In this document: positions 33,401 to 46,030 of the stretch, piece after piece
Layout: each line of letters starts with the position of its first letter
Numbering within the stretch: position 1 is the stretch's first letter
Assembly: GCA_032718475.1 (NCBI GenBank)
Contig: JAUCBJ010002899.1
Location: 1-64,000, forward strand
DNA from: Nemertoderma westbladi
Taxonomy: Eukaryota > Animalia > Xenacoelomorpha
Length of the DNA: 64,000 bases
Reading direction: 5' to 3'
Program-made: the position numbers and the translations under genes
The notes under the pieces: generated by a model
Database searches by the model: none
Told to the model about the DNA's origin: nothing
What the model saw: only the letters and a program-made list of their open reading frames with translations

Positions 33401-35282
33401 CAAATCATTGATCTTTCGCTCGGAGTCCAGGACAGGAACTGTCTCAGGGGTTGTTTTGTGGGGCACAGGTAGTTTAGTACTGTGCAAAGGGAATTTAGAG
33501 GTAGGTTCTGGGAGCACAGGTGTCTCTATCACCGAAGGGGTGATTTCAAGAACAGGCCTAATTATTTCAGGCTCATCTACTATAGTAGGGAGTCTTTCTA
33601 TTTTAATTATTTGGTCTGTGAGTTCTGTACTACCTAAGTCTGTATTAGTTAGTTGCCTTCTAACAGCTGGGGGCAAATCAGGCAATTACTGACGGTGGGA
33701 CATTCTTCTACGTCTGCTTAGACGAGATCTATTTCCTCCGCCTTCAGGATCGGTGGTATCGCCTTCATCAGATGATGTATATCCCTGTCTTTTGGGAGTA
33801 GATCGATTCATCATCTGCATATTACTAGCTGTTAACTGTTTATTTATGCAGTCTTGATTCTCTTGAATATTTTCCAACTCTAGTTGGGTGGTCTCTTCAG
33901 ATGCTCTTCGTTCTGCTTCTGCCATTGCTATCTTTCTTTCCGCTTCTGCCGCTGCCGCTTTTCTTTCCGCTTCTACTGCCGCTTTTATTGCTGCAGCTGC
34001 CGCTTTTCTTTCCGCTTCTACTGCTGCAGCTGCCGCTTTTGCCTCTGCTGCTGCCTCTGCCGCCTTTCTTTCCGCTTCTGCCGCTGCCATTGCCGCTGCT
34101 GCTGTCTTTCTGTCTTCTATACGTTTTTTCTTGACTTGTTCTTCTTGGACCCTAGCGATGCGGAGCCTTTCATTAAATTTAGCTTGGTTCGCAGCTATCA
34201 TATCCGCATCGATTGCGTCCAACACAAGCTTGGCTCCTTCACTATTAGGGCTAAGTCCAGACAGCCGTCTCCTCAACTCTTCGTCACCTACAAATCGTTG
34301 ATAGTCCGACGTAGATGTCAATAGCATCCCTCTCATGCGGTTTCTCTGCCGTCGCTTCACTTTCCACTTGGGAAAATGTAGCGTCTGTTGATTCTCCATG
34401 GGTTGAGCGCTCAGCCAGCTGAGATTTCCACTGGGCAGTTCCTTGAACTTGGAGACTCACCCGCTGAAACCAAGTCTTTACGGCAACTTGCAACGACGTG
34501 TCTTGTCTTCTTTTCGAAGCCTCCTCAAAGGCCGATAAGATTAGTCTGATTCGTAGAATTCTTTCTCTAACTTGATAAAGCAGCTCTCCCTGCTCTTGAG
34601 GTCCTTGGTGTTGTTGAAACAGTTGTTCCTCTATTCGCTCCAAAGAGCTGAAGAATCCCTGTACATATCCTGCTGCCGACCTCTTCCATACAGCTGGGTC
34701 ACTAGTGTCCTTTGTCACTCCCATCCTGTATAAGTCCTCCCAGGCAGCTTCCGATAAGTTAAACGGGAGTCCGGGTCCGGGAAAGTTCCATTGCGTCTCG
34801 ACAATAGACTTCAGTTCCTCCCTTGTGTATCCCGTATAACTGTCCTTGGTCGATCGCTTACTTCTGGCCCAATCGATTTGGTGTTCCTCCACCGCAATCA
34901 ATACCCTAGTGAGTACGGCTGCAGGAAGAATGATAAGTGGATCCGAATAAACCGCATCTGCCATCCTTGCTCCGCGCTCGGGTGTCAACTCTACAGTATC
35001 TGAACTACTGGAGCTATCGGGCCGCTGAGAAATAAGTTCTCGGCTCGGGTGTTGCTGCTGTTTAACAGCTGCTTCTTGGTCCCGCTTGACTTGAGCCAGA
35101 GTGCCTATGATAGACCTACGGTGTTTGACTAGCCTAGGGTCTGATACTACTACTGGAGGGATGACCTTTCTTACAGTAGGAGGGGAGTTGAACTTCGGTC
35201 TCAAACGTTCCGCACTCCTATCTGGATCACAGATGGTTGTATCTAGGAGACTGTCTGACAGGTTTTTCTTTGTGTCAGACAT
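30500..35282 (-). pseudogene. gag: Family-B gag-protease (frameshift and stops) followed by an RNase H tail
   Basis: Consecutive ORFs 34284-35282, 33686-34399, 32570-33685 and 30812-32530. Motifs CVLCDGPHRLSAC, CYNCLRRGHQRRTC, CAKCGAKHHILLH, ALLDSGST; (AAAEAERK)n coiled coil at about 33900-34100. Confidence 0.85.
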
Positions 35283-36632
35283 GTTTGTTTATACAGTTAG
35301 ATGCCTACTGCTAGAACTACAGTTAATGCAAGTCTAGTAATTCAGTATCAACTATAAGCCTAGTAATTAATTACCGATATCGTTACTCAGTGTAACGTGA
35401 TATATATACACAATATATTAGAATACCGGTATACACTTATAGTATATATATAAGTATTATTACAGACTAGGTTTGTCACAGAATACCGGTATATAATTTT
35501 AGCACAAATGTATAGAAATATATAATAAGCCTATCGTGAATACCGGATACAACTTACACTTATAGTATATAAGTATAATTATAGACTAGAATTAATTACA
35601 GAATACCGGTATATAATTTCAGCTCAAATTTATAGAAATAAATAGAATAAGCCTATCGTAAATACCGGTATGTCAATTATTTTAGAATAATTGAATTTCT
35701 GAATTCTAGGGTTACTTAGTTACTTTACTTTACCTTATTACCGTTATTTAAGCAGTAGTCCAACTGATATTAAGACCTAATTGATGTATGACAGGCCTAC
35801 TGTTTTATAAATCGGTTTGAGTTGATTTATAATATATATATATACCCTTTAATGGGTTTTTGTCAATGTTTGAAATAAATGTTATTATTTCTGGTAAGGA
35901 ATCACTACACAGAAGCTAGACGCTCTCAGTGGAGTGCTACCTATTGTTTTGGACACTAAAACAAATAATTCTACTTTCCTAAGTTACTTATTACTACAAA
36001 TTATGTACAATTGCGGGGTGAGATTACAATCTCTAAATAAATACAAAAATTACACGTACGAATTTTTAGGGTTAATTTTACAAGAAGTCTACAAACCAGC
36101 CTAACAAAGGGTTAGAATATCTGCTTATTACAACAGACAGGATACTACGGTATTTGAAAATAACTAAGCAGTAGTAAATATACTGCGTTGTCCAGATAGG
36201 AAAAATACCACCGTCTGACGACTTATAGCCGTATCGCTATAAGTACTACGTTATGTATCACGGAGTGTTCCTACCTAGAAGTTAATTACCGCAGTCTACC
36301 AGAACCAACGTGCCTATTAACCACTTTACAACACAAATATACTGCCTACACACTAATTACCTTCGGAAATTATTGTACACTAAACCCTAAATTAGGTACA
36401 AGTACTTATACAACAAATAACTAGCAGTTAGAAATACTTGTACAGCTAAAAGAACCACGGCATCTGCTGGAGTGACCGGGGCACAAAATCACCAGTCTTT
36501 ACCTACGCCAAGCAGCCCTGATGTAGTACCGGGGTTAATTTAACTATAACGGTATGTACAACAAGCACAATTACTGCAGGAATAAACTTGGGGATATGAA
36601 TGTTGCGAATAATCGCATAAACTCTGAATAAT

Positions 36633-37205
36633 AAATATTACGCTACGCGTACAGACTACTCAAACAAAATACAGACCAAACGCTGGCAGACTACTATCAA
36701 GCCCAAACAAACTACAGTATATGCAGACTCCGAAATGGTTAGTTAGTATGCGTTCTAACCGAGTAGTACGACTTATTCTTTTGAGGGGATTTACCTCACA
36801 GCACTGGAAGCCCCTACGTTCCTAACTAGTAATTTATCGGACATACACTCTACACACACAGCAATCTCTTCAGACCTAACAACAGCCAGACAACAATCCA
36901 GCCTACAAATTATCTAAATAAGAAATATTACGCTACCCGTACAGACTACACATACAAAATACAGACCAAACGCTGGCCGACTACTATCAAGCCTAAACAA
37001 ACTACAGTATATGCAGACTCCGAAATGGTTAGTTAGTATGCGTTCTAACCGAGTAGTACGACTTATTCTTTCGAGGGGATTTACCTCACAGCACTGGAAG
37101 CCCCTACTTTCCTAACTAGTACTTTATCGGACATACACTCTACACACACCGCAATCTCTTCAGACTTAACAACAGTCAGACAACAGTCCAGCGTACAAAT
37201 TATCT
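36633..37205. repeat. Tandem duplication (2 x about 290 bp) in the family-B 5' UTR
   Basis: AAATATTACGCTAC.CGTACAGACTAC... at 36633 and 36923. Confidence 0.85.
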
Positions 37206-37552
37206 GTACAATCTGGGCAGGCTTATACGTCTTCTGCTCAATATTAACCTACAAGTAAATAAAACCGAAGAAATAAGTAAAATCTCAATAAAAAACCAGG
37301 GCTGCAGTCCCTGATTAAATATTAAGGCCTACCGGTATATAATTCTCAAAATCAAATAATACTGCTGTACCTGTACTGCTGTAAGTACCGGTCCGGGTGG
37401 TTAGGTAGTTAGGCCTACTAGGTACCGGTCGACCGGTACTTTAGCTTTATTGCCTACTGCAATACAGAAGCAATATCTGTTATTGTTCTTACCAGAACAA
37501 TATTAAACTGTATTTGTTGCCTACACTGCAATCAGAAGTTCATAACTGTTAT

Positions 37553-38510
37553 TGTTCGCGCTTTCAGACCTTTAGCAGTTTAACCTGCCAAATTTGGATG
37601 TCTTCTAGATTATAAATCGACTTTAGCCTATGACGAGTATTTGATACACTACATTAGCCGAAGCCAGTCTATGCGCGACCATTCACCCGCTGGATATACC
37701 CGGGAGACTGGATTCGGAAGCTTTGACCTTATTGCGGTGTAGGCCTACTGTATTATTCGACTGATCGTTAATATATAATTTCTGACAAATATTATTCACT
37801 TTAGGGAAATATTAACAGTTCCTTTAGGACGTGGCGCTCTAAATATATAAACAGAGTTATGACTTATACTAGACACAACGGGATGGCTATGGATTCACGT
37901 ATAAAGCGCATTCTTTAGGAGATGCTTTGTTATCTGTCATAATCATGCACACTACTGCACAATGCTGCACACCGATCTGCCGACCTTCACTAATTTTAGT
38001 CACATATAAAGAGAACAGCAACCGATTCATGTAGTGCCTATTAAATAGCATTAGATTCACTCCAAAACCACTTTAATGTAAGTCGCAATTGTTATATGTA
38101 ACCGGTCTCTCTAACCTTCAGTATATCAAGAAGATTGGGGTTTTCTGATTATTTATAGATATTATCCAAATATAACAAGATTCCATCAACTGATATAATT
38201 AATAACCGAATAAACCATAAATAGCAGTGAAATAATGCGGTGAAAGCATAATGCATATGTACTGAGTTGGTTTGATAACAGTTATACGTTTCTATGACCA
38301 AAGCCTACTAATGTTTGGCTAAAGCCTGAAACACAGTAACTCCAAAGCCGGTCTTCTGGCTGTGGACAAAATACACATACTGACTCAATTCATGAGTTTC
38401 TGTATACAATCTCCAACACAGAGTCAAAAAACGCTCTGATTGGTCGACCGAACAAAGAGAGAACAAGGAACAAAGAAATGCTACACGTGGACATATCAGC
38501 TGTTAGATGT
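37553..38510 (-). repeat. 5' LTR, family B (outer ~200 bp missing)
   Basis: Near identical to 24765-25722; homology stops after GCTGTTAGATGT. Confidence 0.9.
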
Positions 38511-39244
38511 AATAATTCATGTAATAATAATGTTAATATTGTTGAATATTTAGTTGAATTATTTCCATAAAGTATCTCACATTGCATTGACTTATTATAT
38601 TTATTTATTTTGAAGTTAAATGTATTTTATAGAATGTATTTATTTGGGAATGTTTGATTTAATGTTGGGTGAGTTTCTAGTGGTATTTAGCAGTAATATT
38701 ATTGCTTGGTGTAGGCTTGCTTGCCTTTGTAGGGCAAACGACGAAAGTAAGCGAGCTTAGCATACAGGTACCACTAACTCAATCGGTGTGTCTGTTGATC
38801 TGTTGTTCTGTCGTTCTGTCGATCTGTTGTTCTGTCGTGTCCAATCGTGTCGTGTCTGTCGTTAATATTAATATTTTAAACGTTAATAACTCAGCCAAAT
38901 GTTCATGAAATTTAACCAAACTTGGTACACATGTAGTCTGGCCAAAGTTTAGAAATTTTCTGAGTTGAATTTGTGTGGGATCTTTGTGCAGCATCCTGTG
39001 TAACTGTCTTACAGTTATAATAAATTATTCTACCCAAAAATTATTAGGCTTGGCATCAGCTGGTTGCTAGGAGACTACAGGAATACAGTAAGTTAACAGT
39101 TACAGTGGTACAGAGTTACAGGTACCGTCTTCAGGTCGTTGGTCGTTGGCAACGGCAAGGCCATCTAAACAACTTCTTCATCTAAACAGCTTCCGACAGT
39201 CCGATGTATCTGGACCCGAGCAGCCGAGTGGCATCAAGATGCGA

Positions 39245-39660
39245 TTAACTGAGGAATAAATACTACGGAATTGCTTGCTTGTCAGTAAGATTATATTTAC
39301 TACACTGGGAATACGGCGGTCGATCGCATCGTAATGCGGGCCACTGCCAAGTTCCTCATGCCTCACTCAGGCCACCCACCTTGGAGTGCAGTGGGAAGAG
39401 TCCGACTTACGTCGACAACTGGACGAATCGACGAGGATTGCGATTTGGGTTTAGCGGTGGTCCGGACAGCCGGTTCCTGGGATCGCCTGGTGGAAATTGT
39501 TGAAAGTCGGGCAGATGTGTATCGCACCGGATTACGTTCTCTGCCACTCGAAAGTGTGAGGCGAATTCGTTGTCGAATTGGGTCGGAAACTGCGGGAATT
39601 CTACTGTTCTACGGGAATAAAACGCAGCTGTCCGGTGACTACGGACGGATACTGGGATGA
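39245..39660 (+). pseudogene. ALDH3: Aldehyde dehydrogenase class 3 (fatty-aldehyde dehydrogenase-like) pseudogene fragment
   Basis: Across frames: TTELL, DYIYYTGNTAVDRIVMRATAKFLMP, TLECSGKSPTYVD, IAWWKLLKVGQMCIAPDYVLC, LREFY, DYGRIL. Contains stops and frameshifts. Confidence 0.85.
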
Positions 39661-39770
39661 GCAGGTATTTCGATCGAGTTTCTCGTATTCTTGAATTCTC
39701 GATATTTCCTATAAACCACATGGCTTCGCATATTGAATGTGTGATTGGAAATAAGTTTATGCTACCCTTC

Positions 39771-40940
39771 TGTAAAAGCCTTTGCAGATATAACCAGTCA
39801 TTTTCTCCGCAATGTACCATGTAGGTGCTTTTAGCGGACATAACAAGCTATTTTTACCCGTTACGTCTGTATGCGTGCTTTAGCGGACATAACTAGCCAT
39901 TTTGCCGCAATTCGCTTAATACTCTAAAAGATGACTCAGATGACGCAATCTGTCAGCTGATTTACTGCCAACGCGGAACCTGAATCTCTCTTTGTTCTTT
40001 GTTCGGCTCAGCCAATCAGAGCGATTTTCACTTTGTGTTGGACAGTGCCTACAGAAACCCACGCAATTCAGTCAGTGTGTATCTTTTGTAAGCCCAGAAC
40101 ACCGGCTTAGGATTCTTCTGTACTTCTGTGGAAGTTTCAGACTTTGACCTAAACATCAGAAACATCAGATGGCTTTGATTAAAAGAACGTAAAACTATTA
40201 ACGATTCAACTACTGAAATATCGCCACACCGCGGCACTACGCAACGCGATTCAACTACACATACTGACTGTTCACCGCATTATTTGATTCTGTTATTAAT
40301 TGGTGTTATGTTGGTATATATTGCTGATATATTTGGAGAATACCGATGAATAATCATAAAACCCTCAATCTCTTTGATTACTAAAGGTTAGAGGAACAGG
40401 TTTACCGGTAGCAACTGCGACTTACATTATAGTGGTTTTTGTGTGAATTGAATGCTATTTCATAATCCCTACATGTGTCAGTTGCGATCCTCCTTATATA
40501 TGATCAAATTCAGTGACGGTCGGCAGATCATTGCGCAGTAGTGTGAAGTAGTGTGAAGTCGTGTGAAGTAGTGTGAAGGTTAATAAAGCATCTCCTAAAG
40601 AATGCGCCTTTTACGAAACTCAGTAGCCATCCAGTTGTGATTAGTATAAGTCATAACTCTGTTTTATACTTAAAGCGCCACGTCCTAAAGGAACTGTTAA
40701 TATTTCCCCGAAAGTGAATATATTGCCAGAGATTATATATTAACAATCAATCGAATAATACAGTAGGTCTACACTGCAATCACTATCAAAGCATCCGAAT
40801 CCAGTCTCCCTTAACTGTGGGTGAATGGTCGCGCACAGGCTGGCTTCGGCTGATGTACCTTCAGTACATTAAATAATTGATATACAAAAAGACACCTAAA
40901 ATTGGCAGGTTAAACTGCTAAAGGTCTAAAAGCGCGAACA
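39771..40940 (+). repeat. Solo LTR, family B, with 5-bp TSD CCTTC
   Basis: CCTTC|TGTAAAAGCC ... AGCGCGAACA|CCTTC. Confidence 0.92.
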
Positions 40941-42425
40941 CCTTCCGCCCCTTGGGTGGTAGATGTCGCGGTTATGTATTGGTTGGTAGGAAGGGGGGGA
41001 GGGGGGTGTGCAGATTAAAAGGGCTGAACACGTACTGTCCCCCTTTCTTTGATTGATTGTCGGTATGGTTAAATTTCTCAAATACTGATTTTGTAATACA
41101 GTCGCTCAATTTTAATTTGTATCTCATAACTGGTCCTCGTCCTGCGCGAAGGCCCCACAAACGTGTAATTATTGCGTTAGTTGAGTAGAGATTCTTTGGG
41201 TTGTAGTTACATTGAATTTAATCATTATTAGCTTCCTTTGGTTGCAGGGATAATCTGGGGACCAATATTTTCCTTGTAGAGAGTAGGTTGGGTTTTATTG
41301 GAGGGAAGTTCCTTTTGGGAGTGGGGTGGGTATATTGGATTGCCTTTGTGGTATGTTTACTTCACTTATTGTTGTAACTATAGTTCTTTATGTAGATAGA
41401 TGCACTCGGTTGTTCTACTCTATTGTCATAAAGGTCAAACTGGTTATAGCCAGCCTGAATGTTTGTAGGAGCAACAGTGCAGTTTATTGCTCGGTTATTA
41501 ATTAACACATTTTCAGTAGGTAATATTTGGTTGGATTTGTTAGTATATAAACCGAAATTCTGGGTTTCATTTCTTCAGTAGCCTACGAAACCCCAGCCAA
41601 GCAGAAGGATGTATTTTATTATTATTATTATTTTAGCGACATAGTTTGGGCAATTTATATTGCGGTTGATTATATGATTATTATTAAGCCTTAATTATTT
41701 ATATTATATTCACTATATTGTCATAATATTTTTACTGATTGTAACATCGTATTGTAAACCATGATAAACTTAGTACTTAAGTACAAGTAGTTTATTTTAC
41801 CTACATCCCTACCACTCTATTCTGTCAGACACTGTCACCTAACGGCCCTACCTTTGTTGTCGGCCGATCTCGCTGGTGCCTCTGTAGTCCCGACGTCCCC
41901 ATCCTATCCAAAGTGTAGCTCTATAAACCTTACCCCCTACCCCCAAGGCGTGTTTTGGAGCACACAATATCTTATAATATAATTAAATAAATTATATAAG
42001 CCAAATAAAATAGCAAAGTTTAGCAAAAATACCATCACTGGTAAGATCCACCGTTGGTTTTTGGTGCTAGAACCTGAAATATTAATCACACACCTTGCAG
42101 AGATCCTGGTGGCTCATTAATGCGACAATACGTACTCAATGTGTCTGTGAGGTGATAGTTACTGCGTCTTAGTGTTGGAGTTGGCTGGCATTTGTGATAC
42201 TGACCTCCCTGAAACTTATTAAAATATTTCATTAATAATGTCAGTAAATATTTATTTTTGTAATTATAAATGATTCCACCTGATAGTTATGGCAGTATTT
42301 TTTAATTTGCAGAAGTAGTTCCATTATTCACTTTCAGTTTTTAAACTTAATGAATTATTAAAAAACTGCAAAAAAAAATTAAATAATTTATTCTAAATAA
42401 ACATATTTATATGGTTGATTGTTGA

Positions 42426-44446
42426 CTAAACTCTAATCATAATTTCTACTTTATCCATAGAATTGTGGAAGTTAGAGTCAGTGAATGTGGCCCAATATAG
42501 CCCCTGCACACCAGATCTCCCAAAGACACCGTTTGGGTTAGATGCGGCACAGTCCCGAAACCACCAGGCCCCTTGAAATCGTGTGGCGCAGTTATTCGAA
42601 GAGTCGTCGTTATCGCTGTCCTTCGTAGAAAAACGGGATCCATTAAGGTAGAGGGATTGGTCGAGAGTCCCAAAAAGTATGGAGTCACCAGCGGTCCCGC
42701 CATACCCAGATATATGTAGTGTGAAATAATCATGAGAATCTCCAAGTCTGAAGAATTGGTATTCAGCGATCTCATGGTTTTCTTTGTACCAAAACTCAAA
42801 CCTGAGTACTACACCATATTTGGCAAACTCATATATATTGTCGAGACCCATCCAAAAGTTATTCTTCAGATTGCCAAATCCGGATGTGTAATTTTCCCAG
42901 TTTAGAAAGAAATCTTCGGATCCATCTATACGCCTCTGTATAACAATCCAAGGTCCACCTATAGATAGATAGATAGATAGATTTATTTATACATTATGTA
43001 AAAACAATAACAAATACACCAAACAATGTACCGGTATAAAGGTATTGTCCAACATAACATATAGGATTACCCCTAAAGCTTTGCAGCTTATTTCCAAGGG
43101 GGTCCTTTATGTTATTTGGTTACAAATACAATATTACACTACGCTAACCTAAAACCAATATAAACCTAATTACACTATGTACATGTACAACATTACCGAG
43201 AGCGTGACAATGCCCGACTCAACGATAAAGATGTAATGTACAGAACAATTTATTATAAAACGTAATTACAGTATAAATAGTAAATAATTAATAAACTAAT
43301 AACTTACTGTAGGACTATTGTACCTATTTTTACATTGCACACGGAGATGAGATTTAACTGCAGATTTAAAAGAATGTTGATTATTTAGGTTTTTAATTTC
43401 ATTAGGCAGAGCGTTCCAATTTTTTATGCCGTTAAAAAAGAAAGTATCAGATTCAAAGGATTTACAATTCGGGAGGTAGAAGTTTGAAGCACTAGCTCTG
43501 GTACTGTAAGAGTGTGTATCGCGTACTCTGTTGAATTTTTGTTTTAGGTAATTGGGACATTTACCATTATACACTTTATGCACATGGTTAAGGCGTAGCT
43601 GCTTAACTCTACTATCTAAGTTAAGTAGTCCAGATTCAGAAAAGTCATCTGGAGTTAGGTGGTGCCTAGGTTTGTAGTCTTTCATAAATCGTACTACTTT
43701 ATTCTGAGCTACTTGTAATTTACATTTAAGCTGTTTGGTTAGGCCTTCATACCAAGAAGAGCACGCATAGTCCATGTGACACTGTATTAAAGAAGAGCAA
43801 AGTAACTTGCGGGAGTCGGTGTTCAAACTATTTTTATTTCTGTATAGAAACCTAAGCCTACTGTTAACTTTCGAGAAAATATTTTTCACTGTACTTTCTC
43901 CTGATAAGCAGTTATCCAATGTGGCGCCTAAATATTTAACTTCCTTTTTATTTTCAATCTTATGTCCATTACTAGTGACTTCAAACTTAGTTACCTTCTT
44001 TAACTTTCTTTTGGAACCAAACAAAATACTTTCAGTCAACCTGGGATAGAGTTGTCGCAGAGAAGGAATCCATTCAATCCATTGGGGTGGCGAACGATGG
44101 CAGTCGAGTTTACTGGAGTATCGCGACAAACGGAAAATTTCAAATGCAACAATATTTCGTTAATCTTTCGTGTTAATTTGACATCCAATTCTGCATTCTT
44201 CTCTCCTAACATCAAAAACTTTTCGGCATAAAATTTATCCATTCCCTCAATACGTTCATCCAATTCCCCAATTCTTTTAGACATATTTTTATAGAGATTT
44301 GTTACCTTGGAATCTAGTTCTCTTTTATTGGAGACCATTATCACAGATAAGGTTGTTATGATGACTAGCATAACCACGGCCACAACAACACCAGTGACTA
44401 CAAACCACCATGATCTCCCCGACCTGCCACCTCTCTCATTTTCCAT
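42426..44446 (-). CDS. Type II transmembrane fibrinogen-related (FReD) protein, 312 aa if 44446-44041 is joined to 42958-42426
   Basis: N-terminal TM segment WWFVVTGVVVAVVMLVIITTLSVIMV and a coiled stalk, then LLCDNSIPG|GPWIVIQRRIDGSEDF..W..Y..GFG..FWMGLD..FSTKDSDND..NCA..GAWWFRDC..SNPNG. AATAAA about 35 nt after the stop. Confidence 0.85.
42961..44038 (-). mobile_element. 5'-truncated L2/CR1-group LINE with a (CTAT)n tail and 4-bp TSD AGGT
   Basis: ORF2 C-terminus TESILFGS..VKYLG..DYACSSW..KLQVAQNK..WNALP. ACCT on the + strand at 42957-42960 and 44039-44042. Confidence 0.88.
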
Positions 44447-44679
44447 CTGATTCGCTGTTGTTAACACAATTTATTTTACTTATATAATTTATTAATTAAT
44501 TTATCAATGTTTCAGTTAGAATTGAAGCTTTTAGATCAAAACTCTTTTGAGGTATTTGTACTGTGTTACATGAACGAACATAGTGAGTGTCTGAGAATAA
44601 AGAGAATTAAGTCTTAATTCAAAACTATTGTAAACAAATCACATCCAATAAATAATCCTTTGTTCAAGTGCCAAGCTTG

Positions 44680-46030
44680 GGGGAACCCTTACAATGTTAT
44701 ATAGTGTCTGGTAGGAGGAGATGTGTGCGTGCATCGTACAGTCAACCCGGTGTAGAATTCTTGTGTATATGCCATCATAAGATTTGGTGTCCTCAGCAGT
44801 TATAGCCTAGAATGGACACTAATTTATGTTCTAAATAATCGGGTGTTCTTGTTCTTGTGGAAACCCCTACTTCCCAATCCTGGAAAGCCCATTCAATGAT
44901 TCCCATGCCTTTCCCTTACGTATTCGAAGGTCCTCACCTGACTTCCGGGTCCATGATCCAAGGTAACAGAAGACGTCCACATGCTCAAGCATATCATCCT
45001 TTGCGCTTATGCTCATCCGGTCAGAGATCTGATGAGGACTTTCAAAGTTAACTGTCAAAATGTTGGTCTTTTTGTAGTTAAAAAAGACCAACACTAGAAG
45101 CAGCCTTTTCTAAAGAGCTGGGGAACTGTTGGTTGGGCTCCTCTAATGATTCTGAGAGTACTCCTAAGTCATCAGCAAAGTCTAGATCATTTATCTAAGA
45201 CTTAGCTGGATTTCCTTGACTTCTGGAGCCAGTAGGTGGAGTTACCATCACCCCATCATCATTATGATGATCTATGGACATGCGTAGAACATAGTCAACC
45301 ACAATTATGAACAAGAATGGCGCAAGTGGGTCTCCCCTGGAGGAATCCCGTAACACTTCGAATGGATCTGTGTCACAAACCAAGGACAAAAATGTTGTCG
45401 AACAATCGTATATTGATCTGTTTGCTGCAATAATTTCATCAGGAATCCTATATAATGAAAGTATGCTGAACATATATGAGCGAGAGACTGAATGAAAGGC
45501 CTTGAAGAAGTCAACAAAGATAACAGCCAGATGCCTGTCTTTCTTTTTTGACAACCCTTCAATTTCAATTATCCTTCTAAGTGCCAAAATGGGCACCATG
45601 GTCCCACGACATTTATGAAACACATTCTGATTTCCACGGAGCAGTCTCTCAATAGGATCCCTTATGGGATTTATTACAACTCTATTGTATGCTTTTCAGC
45701 AATTAAGATGAATGAGATTCCCCGAAAAGAAACATAGAGTGTTAGATTGCTTTAGTGTTAGGTTCCAACCATTGAGGCGATCGGCTGGTGATTCTGCCTT
45801 AACCTTGGTCGTTCGTTGGCTTTTCTGCCCAGTAAGCAAGTTTATCGATTTACATGCCTGGGATGATTGCCTGCTGTCGTCGGCAACATTGATGGCATGA
45901 ACAATGAACATGTTAGTTTATAAGCTCCTGTAGATTACTGCCATTTCAGGGCCATAGATGCAGCCTTAACTGCATTGTTTGCCGCTGTAGTCTGTTTGAG
46001 TCGGGACTCTTTCTGTGCCTTATTGAGAAC
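44680..46030 (-). mobile_element. Decayed RTE-clade LINE
   Basis: IFVDFFKAFHSV, GDPLAPFLFIIVVDYV, DLDFADDL, FCYLGSW. Confidence 0.8.

Larger units (their letters stand above)
24765..38510 (-). mobile_element. Non-autonomous, internally deleted BEL/Pao family-B element with near-identical LTRs
   Basis: LTRs at 24765-25919 and 37553-38510, with about 6 mismatches over about 960 bp by eye. gag-PR present; RT and integrase core absent. Confidence 0.85.
38706..41167 (+). mobile_element. Putative non-autonomous element of uncertain class containing an ALDH3 fragment and a nested solo LTR
   Basis: Flanked by ATTATTGC at 38698-38705 and 41168-41175. It has a 5' hairpin, simple repeats, and the 3' motif CTGCGCGAAGGCCCCA shared with 55681-55696. 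Confidence 0.45.

Noticed and set aside
43296-44129. 277-aa ORF treated as a single gene
   Set aside because: It is a chimera of an off-frame piece of the FReD exon and the LINE ORF2 C-terminus.
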